Positions 9,472-20,202 of a stretch of 64,000 nucleotides of DNA are shown piece by piece (position 1 is the stretch's first letter; each line of letters starts with the position of its first letter). The DNA lies in contig JAYFMW010000020.1 in NCBI GenBank assembly GCA_042408215.1, forward strand, positions 1 to 64,000, in the 5' to 3' direction. Source of the DNA: Microcoleus sp. (GTDB lineage Bacteria; Cyanobacteriota; Cyanobacteriia; Cyanobacteriales; Microcoleaceae). Under the pieces are notes generated by a model. The model ran no database searches and was not told the origin of the DNA. It saw nothing but the letters and a program-made list of their open reading frames with translations. Made by a program: the position numbers and the translations under genes.

Positions 9472-11151
9472 GTGTTAACCCAAAAAACTCGAATTGGACT
9501 TTGGACGGCATCATTTTTAACCGGATTGGTAGGAGTTATTAACTTGCTGTCTGCTGTAACTCCTAGTTTACCCGATCGCCGAAATTGGTTAGAGCCTTTT
9601 TTTCCTTTTACCGTGCGGGCGGGCGGGCATTTTTTTGCAGCAGTTATCGGATTTATGCTCCTCACTTTGGCAACTAATTTGTTGAGGCGAAAACGGATTG
9701 CTTGGTTGCTGACAGTGGGATTGTTAATGGTTTCTATTGTCATTCATTTAGTCAAGGGATTGGATGTTGAAGAAAGTGTGCTTTCTGGGGTGCTCTTGTT
9801 TCAGTTGCTGGTGATGCGCCAGACTTTTACTGCTAAATCCGATCGCCCTTCCATTGCTCAAGGAATTCGAGTTTTGCTAGGCGCTTTGTTGTTTACCCTC
9901 GCTTACGGGACGATAGGTTTTTACATTCTGGATGGGCGTTTTGAAGTTAACGAACAAGCGGTTAATTTTGATTTGGATCGAGCGCTATTCCAAACTCTGG
10001 CAATGTTTTTTACGGCGGATAATGCAGGATTGGTTCCGAAAACCCGGTTTGCTGAATTTTTTGCGGATTCGATTTACGGTGTAGGTTCGGTAACGCTTGG
10101 TTATGCACTTTTGATGCTACTGCGGCCGGTGCTGCTGCGAGATTCTGCAAGTTTTTCGGAACGGAATAAAGCTAAAGAAATTGTAGCAAAATACGGGCGG
10201 ACGACGATAGCGAGATTGGCGTTACTTGAGGATAAATCTTATTATTTTAGTCCGTCGGGAAAGAGTACGATCGCCTATGTGCCAAAAGGCAGAGGTGCGA
10301 TCGCCTTGGGAGACCCCATCGGGCCGCCAGAAGACCGCAAAGAGGCAATTGTGGGGTTTCAAGAATTTTGCGATCGCAATGATTGGTATCCGACATTTTA
10401 TCAAACTTTGCCGGATGATTTAGAAATATATTATGCTCTCGGTTTTCGAGTAGTACAAATTGGCGAAGCAGCTATTGTCAATCTCAAAGATTTTACTCTC
10501 AAAGGCAAAGCAAATCAAAATTTAAGAACTGCTATCAACCGCTTGACAAAAGCAGGACATCAAGTCAAATTTTATGAACCTCCTTTAAGTTCTGAATTGA
10601 TGCGGCAAATGAAAGCTGTGAGCGACGAGTGGCTGCAAATGGTTCAGGGTGCAGAAAAACAGTTTTCTGTAGGCTGGTTTAACGAGACATATTTACGGGA
10701 AACTCGCGTCATAGCCATCCACACTCCCGACGGCAAAATTAGTGCTTTTGCTAATACGATCTCTCCGGGCGATCGGGTAATTGGGGTTGATTTAATGCGG
10801 CGCCGCACTGAGGTGGAAAATGGCACGATGGAGTGTTTATTTGCTTCGATGTTGCAGCACTGTCAAGAATTGGGATATGCAGAATTTGATTTGGGTTTAT
10901 CGGCTTTGGCTGGAGTTGGAGAAGCTGAGCAATCCGGGCGGTTGGAAAAGGTGTTGATTTATCTTTCGGAACACTTGAGCAAGTTTTACAATTTTCAGGG
11001 ATTGCACAGTTTTAAAGATAAGTTTGGGCCGCGATGGGAAGCTCGTTATTTGGTTTATCCGAGTTTGGGAAGTTTACCTGATGTTGTAGTTGCGTTGATT
11101 CGGGCCGATTCGGGCGATCGACTTTGGGATTATTTGCGGCCGGGAAGTTAG
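9472..11151 (+). CDS. MprF/LysX-like aminoacyl-phosphatidylglycerol synthase domain protein (DUF2156)
   Basis: Several TM helices followed by ALGDPIG, EKQFSVG, DLMRR and FYNFQGLHSFKDKF motifs. Confidence 0.88.
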   Translation: MLTQKTRIGLWTASFLTGLVGVINLLSAVTPSLPDRRNWLEPFFPFTVRAGGHFFAAVIGFMLLTLATNLLRRKRIAWLLTVGLLMVSIVIHLVKGLDVEESVLSGVLLFQLLVMRQTFTAKSDRPSIAQGIRVLLGALLFTLAYGTIGFYILDGRFEVNEQAVNFDLDRALFQTLAMFFTADNAGLVPKTRFAEFFADSIYGVGSVTLGYALLMLLRPVLLRDSASFSERNKAKEIVAKYGRTTIARLALLEDKSYYFSPSGKSTIAYVPKGRGAIALGDPIGPPEDRKEAIVGFQEFCDRNDWYPTFYQTLPDDLEIYYALGFRVVQIGEAAIVNLKDFTLKGKANQNLRTAINRLTKAGHQVKFYEPPLSSELMRQMKAVSDEWLQMVQGAEKQFSVGWFNETYLRETRVIAIHTPDGKISAFANTISPGDRVIGVDLMRRRTEVENGTMECLFASMLQHCQELGYAEFDLGLSALAGVGEAEQSGRLEKVLIYLSEHLSKFYNFQGLHSFKDKFGPRWEARYLVYPSLGSLPDVVVALIRADSGDRLWDYLRPGS

Positions 11152-11267
11152 GCAACGGATAGGCCAACGGATTGTGTAACGGATTTAACGGATGTAATAG
11201 AAGAAAGAAACAGTTAACAGTTAACAGTTAACTGTTAACAGTTAACTGTTAACAGCCAGATAATCTT

Positions 11268-12491
11268 TTAGGCTAAGCCGCGAACTGGTACGTGCTGGCT
11301 TTGCAAAACCTGTGCATAGAGCTTTTCCAACTCGGTAATATTTTGACTGAGAGTGTACCGCTCGATCGCCCGTTGGCGAGCTTTTTGACCCAAAATCATG
11401 GCCAGTTCGGGATGATCGCAAAACAGTGGGAGCAAGGTTTGCAACTGACTCCGCACCCGCTGAGTGTGCAAAACTATCCCTGCTCCTTCCTCCAAGGCTT
11501 CGCCGTCGGCACCGGCATCGGTGGCCAAACAGGCTAAACCGCAGGCCATCGCTTCCAGCAGCGACAGCGACAATCCCTCTACCAAAGAAGGCAAAATAAA
11601 CACGTCTGCACCCCGCAGAATTTCGATCCGCCGTTCCTCGTCGGCGACAAATCCGAGCCACACAATGCCCTCCTCTGCGCCGTAGAATAGTTGCAGCGAG
11701 GCTGCTAGGGGCCCGTCGCCTACGATCGCCAACAGGTTCCCAGGGCCAAAATTACATTGTTTCCAGGCCTTCAGCAGGGACTCGACATTTTTCTCTGGGG
11801 CAATGCGCCCTTGGTAAACAAAAATTCGATCGGCCTTTAATTCCGACTTCAACCCAGAAGGCCCCGGAGAATACTTAACCGCGTCTACTCCATTGGGAAT
11901 CACAGCCACCCGATCCTCCGGCACTCCCAACTTCACCAATATATCCCGCTGAATCTGAGAAAACACGATCGTCGAGTCGTAGTGAGCCAAAAACGGAGCG
12001 TACAGTTGATACATCAGGTGTTGGGTTCCCGATGTCAAATTCCGCAATTTGCGATCGAAGGGCGGGTGAAAAGTCGCTACCAGAGGTATATTCAATTCTT
12101 GACAAATTTCCGGTAGCAGAAAGTCTAGAGGCGAAAGCGTCAGGGAAGCGTGAACGACATCCGGTTGCAGCCGCCGCAGGGATTTCATCAACACTTTACT
12201 GGATTTGAAAGTGGGAATTGTATAAATTTGTGACTTGTAGAGACAGGGTAAGGAGACTTCGTTGCAACTTGCGGGTGCGAGGGACGGCGCAAATGAGCTT
12301 GGAGCAATTCCAGCCCCCCATTTCCCATTTCCCATACTCCACGCGGCCTTATTCCTGTCAAGTTCCGCCTCTTGGGCAAAGTGCAGGAAACTGACTTGGT
12401 ATCCCCGGTCTAAAAGTGCGTTGGTGACTTCTCTAGAGTAAGTGACGTTACCGCAAAAAGGTGATTTTTTTCCTAGCCAAGCGATGTGCAT
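11268..12491 (-). CDS. dgdA: GT4 glycosyltransferase, probable digalactosyldiacylglycerol synthase
   Basis: MHIAWLGKKSPFCGNVTY N-terminus, recalled as typical of cyanobacterial DgdA/Ycf82. EGLSLSLLEAMA GT4 motif. Confidence 0.8.
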   Translation of the reverse strand: MHIAWLGKKSPFCGNVTYSREVTNALLDRGYQVSFLHFAQEAELDRNKAAWSMGNGKWGAGIAPSSFAPSLAPASCNEVSLPCLYKSQIYTIPTFKSSKVLMKSLRRLQPDVVHASLTLSPLDFLLPEICQELNIPLVATFHPPFDRKLRNLTSGTQHLMYQLYAPFLAHYDSTIVFSQIQRDILVKLGVPEDRVAVIPNGVDAVKYSPGPSGLKSELKADRIFVYQGRIAPEKNVESLLKAWKQCNFGPGNLLAIVGDGPLAASLQLFYGAEEGIVWLGFVADEERRIEILRGADVFILPSLVEGLSLSLLEAMACGLACLATDAGADGEALEEGAGIVLHTQRVRSQLQTLLPLFCDHPELAMILGQKARQRAIERYTLSQNITELEKLYAQVLQSQHVPVRGLA

Positions 12492-12518
12492 TCAAGTAAA
12501 TTTGAGTTTGTTATTTAT

Positions 12519-14033
12519 TTAGATTGGATCGACTTTGTTATTACTACGGGAAATATACCAGTTTAAGAGCTCCCCAGCGATCGCCAACCCGGCCAAAGCC
12601 AAAAATACTTTTGGTAAACCCAGAAATGTTTCGGCTACTCCCGCCAAAGCCAAGGGTAAACTCAAGGCGATATTAGTGGCATTATTTTGCAGCCCGAAAA
12701 CTTTTCCCCGCATTTCTTCTGGGGTTTCTGCTTGAATTGTAGTCTGCATCGGCACTCCCACCACTGCGGCAAATACACCCAACAGGGTAATGAACAGTAC
12801 GGATATCCACAAATTGTGTGTAAATACAGAAAGACCAATCAGAGCAACTGCCATGCCGATCGATCCGATTAAACTGAATTGGGAGTGAGACAGTTTGTGG
12901 CCGAGATAGCCGACTGTTGTGGCTCCAGCCGCCATACCGACTCCCACAGCCGCCAGCAAAAAGCCAAACTGGGAGGCTCTCATACCTGGAAGTATTTCGG
13001 CCAGCCGCACTGCTAAAACTGCTAAGGCTGCAAAAATCGAAAATAAAATAATTAGTTGAATTAAAGCGTTGCGGACTTTAGGTTGATCGTTGATGTAACG
13101 CAAGCCGTCTTTCAAGTCAGCTAGGGGGTGCGGTGGTTCGTGCTCGACCTCGGTTTTTTCCCCTGTTTTCAGGGACATCAACAATACTCCGGCGACTGCG
13201 TAACTTCCTCCTACTACTAATTCTTTACCAATACCGATGCCGCCGCCGAGGTTAGTAAATAGGGTGTCGGCTAAAGCTAGTAGGGGTTCTCCCACTGCAA
13301 AACCAATAATTACTGAACCCATCATCGTTGTGGTGTAGAGGGAGTTGGCCGAGAGCAGGTGGCGACGTTCTACTATCAGGGGAATGGCTGATTGTTCTGC
13401 TGGGGCAAAAAATTGAGTCAGGGTTGAAACTAGGAATGTAACTAGGAGCAACAAGCAGAATCCGAGGGGCAATTTACCTAGTTCCAAGCCTTCTGAGAGC
13501 CACAGCAGCACTGGTAGGGTTAAGACTAAGCCTCCCCGCAGCAGGTTTGTGGCTACGAGCACTGCTTTTTTTGGCCACCTATCGACATAAACGCCTGCGG
13601 CCGCCCCAAACAGCACTGCGGGAATTGTAAAGGCGATCATGATTGCGGATACCCACCTGCTGATGGTTTGATCCGGGGATTGGAAGTGGCTGGCTACGAG
13701 GGCGATCGTCAGTACGAGATAAACTTTATCTGCTAGTTGGGAGAAAACTTGGCCGCTCCACAATGCCAGAAAATTGCGGTTTTTGAGAATTGGCAGAAAT
13801 CCTGTTTCTGTTTCTGTGTTGGGAGGCTTAGCTTCTGGTGGTTCGCTGTTGCTGTTATCCCAGTCTGTTTCTGGATTTGTGGGATATTTATCCATTTCTG
13901 GGTCTTGTACCTTGCTCCATTGTCGATCGTCCACGGGATGAGAGTCGAAGTCGGGCAAATTTTCTCTTTCTTCCATGTGGTGAGTCACGGCTAAAACAGA
14001 TATTGTCAAATCAGTATCGGACAGTCGGATCAT
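12519..14033 (-). CDS. MFS transporter
   Basis: About 12 TM helices and a GVYVDRWPKK motif A. Start codon uncertain. Confidence 0.88.
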   Translation of the reverse strand: MIRLSDTDLTISVLAVTHHMEERENLPDFDSHPVDDRQWSKVQDPEMDKYPTNPETDWDNSNSEPPEAKPPNTETETGFLPILKNRNFLALWSGQVFSQLADKVYLVLTIALVASHFQSPDQTISRWVSAIMIAFTIPAVLFGAAAGVYVDRWPKKAVLVATNLLRGGLVLTLPVLLWLSEGLELGKLPLGFCLLLLVTFLVSTLTQFFAPAEQSAIPLIVERRHLLSANSLYTTTMMGSVIIGFAVGEPLLALADTLFTNLGGGIGIGKELVVGGSYAVAGVLLMSLKTGEKTEVEHEPPHPLADLKDGLRYINDQPKVRNALIQLIILFSIFAALAVLAVRLAEILPGMRASQFGFLLAAVGVGMAAGATTVGYLGHKLSHSQFSLIGSIGMAVALIGLSVFTHNLWISVLFITLLGVFAAVVGVPMQTTIQAETPEEMRGKVFGLQNNATNIALSLPLALAGVAETFLGLPKVFLALAGLAIAGELLNWYISRSNNKVDPI

Positions 14034-14115
14034 AGGTTTAGGGGCAAAATCGCTCTTGACGATCGAGATTCGGCGGGCTCTGAAATTCAAATTAGGGCTT
14101 TAACAGCCAAGTTTA

Positions 14116-15500
14116 TTGACATCCTCCCCGCCGTGAACGGACGGGGATTCCATCTATTTAAGCAGATCAAAAATTGATAGCTGCTCAAATTCCGGTGGGT
14201 TGACGCTTCGCCGAGATGCGCTTTCTTTAGGAAGTCTGACCTTCTCTCCACGTCCATTTAAAGTCTCCGAATGTCCTCCGGCGACTAAAATATTAATTGC
14301 AGCATTCACATCCCTGTCATGAGATGTGCCACAATTCAAACAAGTCCACTCTCTAACATTTAACTCTTTTTTACCACCTTTAAACCCACAACAAGAGCAA
14401 GTTTGAGAAGTGGGAGTCCATCTATCAATCACTCGGAAATCACGCCCGTACATGACCGACTTAGCCTCTAACATAGTTCTCAAACTACGCCAACCTAAAT
14501 CACTAATAGCTCGTGCTAATTTACGGTTCTTAACCATCCCTGACACATTCAATTCTTCCAAGACTATTGTTTGATTATCACGAATAATCTGAGTTGAAAG
14601 TTTCTGCAAAAAATCATTTCTGGTATCAGAAATTTTAGCGTGAAGTTGAGCTAATTTCTTTCTAGCAACTTCCCTTCTTTTGCTACCTTTCTGTTTTCTT
14701 GACAACTGGCGTTGTCTTTTTCTTAAACGCTTTAACTGTTTTTTTAAAGGTTTAGGTGATTTAACTTTTTCACCGTTACTTAGCGTAGCCAAGTCAGTGA
14801 TTCCTAAATCAATTCCTACACTTTGTCCGTTTTTAGGTAATTGTTGAGGATTCAACTCAACTACAAAACTTAAAAAGTAACGATCGGTGCTATCTTTAAT
14901 CGCGGTGACAGATGACGGTTCAGAGGGCAAATGGCGACTCCAGACAATCTTTAATTTACCAATTTTTGACAGGTAAACGTTATGCTGATTGACTTTAAAC
15001 CCTTGCCGTGTAAAGTTAGCAGACTGCTTAGATTTACGCTTTTTAAACTTAGGGGGCTTAACTTTTTGCCCTTTCCGTTGCCCTGTACAAGACTTGAAAA
15101 AGTTATTCAATGCTTGGTCTAAATCTTTCAAAGATTGCTGTAAGGGGAGCGAGGGCGGGTCTTTAAGCCATTTTCTTTCTTCTGTCTGCTTAACTAAAGT
15201 TAACCTCTTAGAAAGTTCTGGATATCCACAATATTTACCCTGGGTTTTGTAGACCTCTTGGCAGTAAGCAAGTGCATCGTTAAAAACCACCCGACAACAC
15301 CCAAACAATTGAGACATCAGCCTCTTTTGTTGGTCAGTAGGATAGATTCGGTAGCGATACCTTGCTTTCATCAATCTTTTTGCTCACCTTTCTTCTTGTG
15401 GAAAATGATACCACAATCAGATGTTAATAGACAACCCAATAAAAAGCCGTCCTAGAAGGACGGGGTTTTAACCCTCCGCTACGCTCCGCCCAATTTTCTG
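14116..15500 (-). mobile_element. IS200/IS605-family (IS1341-like, tnpB-only) element
   Basis: Minus strand reads target TTAT|cagaaaattggg...AAAA+hairpin at the left end and GAAT+hairpin...TCAA| at the right end. Confidence 0.85.
14154..15374 (-). CDS. tnpB: RNA-guided endonuclease TnpB
   Basis: RuvC motifs GIDLG, LEEL and DRDVNAA, plus a CxxC...CxxC zinc finger. Confidence 0.95.
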   Translation of the reverse strand: MMKARYRYRIYPTDQQKRLMSQLFGCCRVVFNDALAYCQEVYKTQGKYCGYPELSKRLTLVKQTEERKWLKDPPSLPLQQSLKDLDQALNNFFKSCTGQRKGQKVKPPKFKKRKSKQSANFTRQGFKVNQHNVYLSKIGKLKIVWSRHLPSEPSSVTAIKDSTDRYFLSFVVELNPQQLPKNGQSVGIDLGITDLATLSNGEKVKSPKPLKKQLKRLRKRQRQLSRKQKGSKRREVARKKLAQLHAKISDTRNDFLQKLSTQIIRDNQTIVLEELNVSGMVKNRKLARAISDLGWRSLRTMLEAKSVMYGRDFRVIDRWTPTSQTCSCCGFKGGKKELNVREWTCLNCGTSHDRDVNAAINILVAGGHSETLNGRGEKVRLPKESASRRSVNPPEFEQLSIFDLLK

Positions 15501-15594
15501 ATAAGAATCTTTCGACTTTAGGTGAAAATACTTGCTGGTTCGGGTGGAACGCGAGTTAGGGGTGAGAGCCAGCCGAGCGTTGATTTTCCTCTAC

Positions 15595-16473
15595 TCAAAA
15601 CTCAAAACTCTCTAAGTAAGCATCGATCGAGCTTCCCGATCGAATCGCACAACCCAAATGATACTGTGCATATTGTCGCAAAATATTTTCTACTGATACC
15701 CAAGCTGTTCGATCGTCTTTCCCCCCTGCTGCTAGTTCTGGACTAGCCAACTGTTGCAGTGCATTTAGTTCATTAGCATTAATATAAAAATTTGTCAAGT
15801 GTTTGCTTCCAGAAGTTTGTGGGGAACGGGAGGCGGAACTGGAAAAACTGCCCGTTGCTGGCGATCGTTCTATTTCTAAGTTAGCTAACTCGGACAAGCT
15901 GAAGGTTCCCCCAGAAGGTATGCTAAATCCAATTTGCCAGTTCGGATCGCTGAAATTTGGGGTCAAGGGGCGTCTGGTGGCGCAGCAGACTTGGACTTGG
16001 GGTGCAACACCGGCTAGGGCTAGCAGGTGAAAAATGCCCTGATCTAGGTGGGCGATAAGTAAGGCTAGGGAGTCTGTATCTGTGCGATCGGACAAACGCT
16101 CCAAACGGCTTAAGTGCTCGCTCAGCAAGCAAAATAGTTCTTCTTGGGGCTCGTCGGAAAGGGCGCTGGCGATCGCCAATTCGGCCAAATATTGAGCGGA
16201 TGCGAGTTTTCCCAGGTTTCGACTCAAGCCCGGATGGGATTCTACGGTTTCGGCTTGGGTAATTTTGTCGAGCGATCGGCCTTTGGCAATCAGCAATTCG
16301 TTGACGACAAATAATTCGCTTCTACCGCCGATGGTCGATCGTTGTTTGCGAACACCGGGCGCTACGGCTCGAATTAAGCCGAACTCCCGTGTTAAAACTG
16401 TCAGCACTCGATCGGATTCGCCGATCGGCATACTCTTAAGATTAATTCCAGTTGCTTTATAAGTTCTAATCAT
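15595..16473 (-). CDS. recO: DNA repair protein RecO
   Basis: TYKATGINLK, GESDRVLTVLT and GRSLDKITQAET. Start at MIRTY; the upstream extension is STRR. Confidence 0.92.
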   Translation of the reverse strand: MIRTYKATGINLKSMPIGESDRVLTVLTREFGLIRAVAPGVRKQRSTIGGRSELFVVNELLIAKGRSLDKITQAETVESHPGLSRNLGKLASAQYLAELAIASALSDEPQEELFCLLSEHLSRLERLSDRTDTDSLALLIAHLDQGIFHLLALAGVAPQVQVCCATRRPLTPNFSDPNWQIGFSIPSGGTFSLSELANLEIERSPATGSFSSSASRSPQTSGSKHLTNFYINANELNALQQLASPELAAGGKDDRTAWVSVENILRQYAQYHLGCAIRSGSSIDAYLESFEF

Positions 16474-16733
16474 GAGGAAGAATGAAGAAGGAAGAAGGAA
16501 GAAGGAAGAAGGAAAAAGGCAACGGATTCGCTCCACGGATTTAACGGATGTAACGGAGGTCAGTCAGAAGGAAGAAGGAAGAAGGAAGAAGGAAAAAGGC
16601 AGAAGTTAATTGTTATTGGTTATTGGTTATTTGTTAGTTACTATTTGTTCGTTCTAATAACCAATTCCCAATGCCCAATGCCCAATTCCCAATGCCCAAC
16701 TCCCAATTCCCAATGCCCAATTCCCAAGAACAA

Positions 16734-17411
16734 TTAACTATTGTCTAAATTCTCCCGCTGTCGGATTAACTCCGGGCCACGAGAAGTCCCCAAACGAGTT
16801 GCACCTGCAACTATCAAATCTAGAGCTTGTTCATGAGTGCGAATTCCGCCGGCGGCTTTAATCCCAACTCTTCCCTTAGTAATTTCCTTCAGGAACCGCA
16901 CATCAGCAACTGTCGCAGCGCCAAAAAAGCCAGTGTTAGTTTTAATGTAGGCGGCACCGGCCTCCATACAAATCTCAGCTGCTAATTGTTTTTCCGCATC
17001 GGAAAGCATCGAGCTTTCGATAATTGCTTTGATGGTTTGACCCGTTTCTTCGCAAATTTCGGCTATTTCCCGGTGGAATTCGTCGATTTTTCCAGCTTTC
17101 AGTAATCCTAAGTTAACGCAGACATCTAACTCTACGGCTCCATTATCTGCGGCTTCTAGGGCTTCGTAGAGCTTCACCGTTGATGTCGTTGCACCGATGG
17201 GAAAACCTATGACAGTAGAGACTTTGGGGCGTTTGCCGTGCAGCAGCTCAACAGCTTGTCGGACGTAGGCGGGATACACGCAAACTGTGGCAAAGCCAAA
17301 TCTCTCTGCTTGTTGGCAACAGTTTTCTACTTGCTCAGGCGTAGCAGTGGGGTCGATCAGCGCGTGGTCGATAAAGGGGGCAATATCGATGTCTGGCTGG
17401 TTTGCAGCCAT
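16734..17411 (-). CDS. deoC: Deoxyribose-phosphate aldolase
   Basis: [29 protein letters not shown] and RLGTS. Confidence 0.95.
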   Translation of the reverse strand: MAANQPDIDIAPFIDHALIDPTATPEQVENCCQQAERFGFATVCVYPAYVRQAVELLHGKRPKVSTVIGFPIGATTSTVKLYEALEAADNGAVELDVCVNLGLLKAGKIDEFHREIAEICEETGQTIKAIIESSMLSDAEKQLAAEICMEAGAAYIKTNTGFFGAATVADVRFLKEITKGRVGIKAAGGIRTHEQALDLIVAGATRLGTSRGPELIRQRENLDNS

Positions 17412-17536
17412 TGTTTTTTTCTCTCTGAGGGTAACTACTTTATTATAGTTACTAATCCAATAGTCAGATATAGGCAGACCCGCGTAGATCTTTCAGATTA
17501 GCCGTTTTGACTGCTTGAAATGACTGTACAATTTAC

Positions 17537-18875
17537 CAAAAAGCTGGGTCTAAAGCCCCGTCCTTATAGGACGGCTTTAATTTCTCCAGAACTCTGTTAT
17601 AGTCTTTATATTCACTCACTCGACGTAAATGTTAGTATTTGAAGCCAAGCTAGAAGGGAAAAGCGAGCAGTACGAACGGCTAGACGAAGCCATTCGTACT
17701 GCTCGCTTCATTCGTAATAGCTGCATCAGGTACTGGATGGATACCCCAGGGGTAGGTCGCTACGACTTAAGCGCTTATTGCGTAGTTCTTGCCAAAGAAT
17801 TTCCTTGGGCCAGTAAACTCAACTCAATGGCAAGGCAAGCTTCTGCTGAAAGAGCTTGGTCAGCGATTGCACGATTCTTTGACAACTGCAAGAAGGCAAA
17901 ACCAGGAAAGAAAGGTTTTCCGCACTTCAAAAAGCATGAAACGCACGGTTCTGTTGAATACAAGACCTGTGGGTGGAAGCTTTCTGAAGACCGACGAAAT
18001 ATAACTTTCACTGATGGATTTAAAGCCGGAATTTTTAAATTATGGGGAACTCGTGACCTACATTTCTATCGGCTAAGTCAAGTTAAACGAGTGCGCGTAG
18101 TTCGTCGAGCCGATGGCTACTACGTGCAATTTTGTATTGACACTGAACGAAACGAAAAGCGGGAGCAGACCGGAAAAACAATCGGTTTGGATGTAGGGCT
18201 AACTCATTTCTACACAGACTCTGACGGTAACACCGTAGAGAACCCGCGCCATCTAAGAAAGTCCGAAAGATCGTTAAAAAAGCTTAATCGTAGACTTTCT
18301 CGAACGCAGAAAGGTTCTAAAAATAGAGCTAAGGCTCGAAATTGTTTAAGTAGAAAACACCTCAAGGTAAGCAGGCGGCGTAAAGACTTTGCTGTGAAAT
18401 TAGCAAGGTGCGTAGTCCAGTCTAACGACTTGGTAGCCTATGAAGACTTGCAGGTGCGTAACATGGTCAAAAACAAAAAGCTATCCAAGTCGATATCAGA
18501 TGCGGCTTGGACAGCTTTTAGAAATTGGATTGAATATTTTGGCAAAGTGTTTGGGGTGGCAACTGTTGCAGTACCGCCACACTATACAAGTCAAAATTGT
18601 TCTAGTTGTGGGAAAGTGGCGAAAAAGTCATTAAGTCAAAGAACACATATTTGTCCACATTGTGGATTCGTTTTAGACCGAGATTGGAACGCCGCTCGCA
18701 ACATATTAGAACTTGGATTGCGTACCGTGGGGCACACGGAAACCTCAAACGCCTCTGGAGATATCGACAAGAGTTTGAATGAGGAAACTCTTTTAAATAA
18801 GTCGGATCGCCGAAAGAGGAAGCCTAAACAGTGATGTTTAGAATCACCGTGGCTTCAGCCCGGTGAGAATGTCAA
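17537..18875 (+). mobile_element. IS200/IS605-family (tnpB-only) element
   Basis: Target TTAC|caaaaagctgggtctAAAG+hairpin at the left end and GAAT+hairpin...TCAA| at the right end. Confidence 0.85.
17629..18834 (+). CDS. tnpB: RNA-guided endonuclease TnpB
   Basis: GLDVG, YEDL and DRDWNAA motifs, plus a CSSC/CPHC zinc finger. Confidence 0.95.
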   Translation: MLVFEAKLEGKSEQYERLDEAIRTARFIRNSCIRYWMDTPGVGRYDLSAYCVVLAKEFPWASKLNSMARQASAERAWSAIARFFDNCKKAKPGKKGFPHFKKHETHGSVEYKTCGWKLSEDRRNITFTDGFKAGIFKLWGTRDLHFYRLSQVKRVRVVRRADGYYVQFCIDTERNEKREQTGKTIGLDVGLTHFYTDSDGNTVENPRHLRKSERSLKKLNRRLSRTQKGSKNRAKARNCLSRKHLKVSRRRKDFAVKLARCVVQSNDLVAYEDLQVRNMVKNKKLSKSISDAAWTAFRNWIEYFGKVFGVATVAVPPHYTSQNCSSCGKVAKKSLSQRTHICPHCGFVLDRDWNAARNILELGLRTVGHTETSNASGDIDKSLNEETLLNKSDRRKRKPKQ

Positions 18876-18965
18876 TTCTAGATTAGACGGAAGCTCTAAA
18901 AATGCCAATAGGAAAGAAGATGAAAAACCAGCCATCCTCTTTGATAAAATACTGATAAAATACTA

Positions 18966-19067
18966 TATAGCGGTTCTCAAGCATTGTGAGGTATGCCCTA
19001 TGCCCTATGCCCTATGCCCTATGCCCTATGCCCTATGCGTACCGCACTGTTACTGAGAAAGGCTATA
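18966..19067. mobile_element. TATAGC...GCTATA MITE containing (CCCTATG)6
   Basis: Terminal inverted repeats. Inverted near-identical copy at 46609-46717 and a diverged copy at 31019-31143. Overlaps the cheB stop codon. Confidence 0.8.
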
Positions 19068-20097
19068 TTTTGAACATGACTCGCTGAACTAACCGATCGG
19101 CGATCGCTTCAGGAGGCAGAACTTCAACCGCTGCATTTAGCTGAACTGCCGCTTTGGGCATTCCATATATGACAGAACTTTTTTCATCCTGAGCGATCGT
19201 GTGCCATCCCCGCGATCGCAAAAGGCTGAGACCGATCGCACCGTCTTGTCCCATCCCAGTCAGTAATACAGCGGTTTCCTTGTGGTTCCAATACTGGGCA
19301 AGACTCTTAAAGAACACATCTACTGATGGGCGGTAGGGATAGTCAATGGGTTCTTTTGTGTAGTGCAGAGTGAAATCAGAACGAAGACTGAGGTGATCGT
19401 TAGTACCCGCAATGTGGACGATACCTTTTTCTAAGCGATCGCCAGTAGTAGCTAGTTTCACCTTCAAGGGTGTTTGTTGATTCAACCAATCCACCAGCCC
19501 AGCCGAAAACTGCATATCGACGTGCTGAATAATCGCAATGGCAGCGCCGAAGTTGGCTGGGAGGCGGGAGAGAATGGCGGCTAGAGCTTTGGGACCACCT
19601 GTGGAGGAGCCGATCGCCACTAGGGGAGGGAGTATGGTCGAAGGTGTGGAGAATGAAGTAAAATTTGAACTTTGGGGTTTTGGAGTTGAGGTTTGAGATG
19701 ATTTGCCAATTAGCTTGCTCAGAGTCGCAATTTTTGCCAGTAGCGCTTGGGCAGACTCTGGACTTCCTGAGATTCCCAAGACGGGAGTATTCACTGCATC
19801 GCGGGCACCATACCCCATTGCCTCAAACACCTTCCCGGCATTCTTTCCGACGCTTGCGGTCACAATCAGAATCACACAGGGAGACTGTTTCATGATCTGG
19901 CTGGTGGCTTCCACACCATCCATGACTGGCATTAATAGATCCATCAAAATTAAGTCGGGGGTGTCTCTGACGCAGCGGGCAACCGCATCTGCACCATCCC
20001 GTGCAATCCATGCCACTTCATAACCTGGAACGGTTAGCAGCACTCGCTTGAGGGCTTCTACTGCCATAGCCATATCATTGACAATCGCAATTCTCAT
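19063..20097 (-). CDS. cheB: Chemotaxis methylesterase CheB (WspF-like)
   Basis: REC domain plus GSSTGGP, QH, RPSVD and LTGMGQDG. Confidence 0.93.
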   Translation of the reverse strand: MRIAIVNDMAMAVEALKRVLLTVPGYEVAWIARDGADAVARCVRDTPDLILMDLLMPVMDGVEATSQIMKQSPCVILIVTASVGKNAGKVFEAMGYGARDAVNTPVLGISGSPESAQALLAKIATLSKLIGKSSQTSTPKPQSSNFTSFSTPSTILPPLVAIGSSTGGPKALAAILSRLPANFGAAIAIIQHVDMQFSAGLVDWLNQQTPLKVKLATTGDRLEKGIVHIAGTNDHLSLRSDFTLHYTKEPIDYPYRPSVDVFFKSLAQYWNHKETAVLLTGMGQDGAIGLSLLRSRGWHTIAQDEKSSVIYGMPKAAVQLNAAVEVLPPEAIADRLVQRVMFKI

Positions 20098-20202
20098 TCT
20101 TACAGGCATTATTCGATCGTGGATGTATCCACTGTAAATGTTTCCGCAGGAAAATCAAAGCTTTTAACCTACCTTAATACTTAGCTAACTCTGCTGAAAT
20201 GG

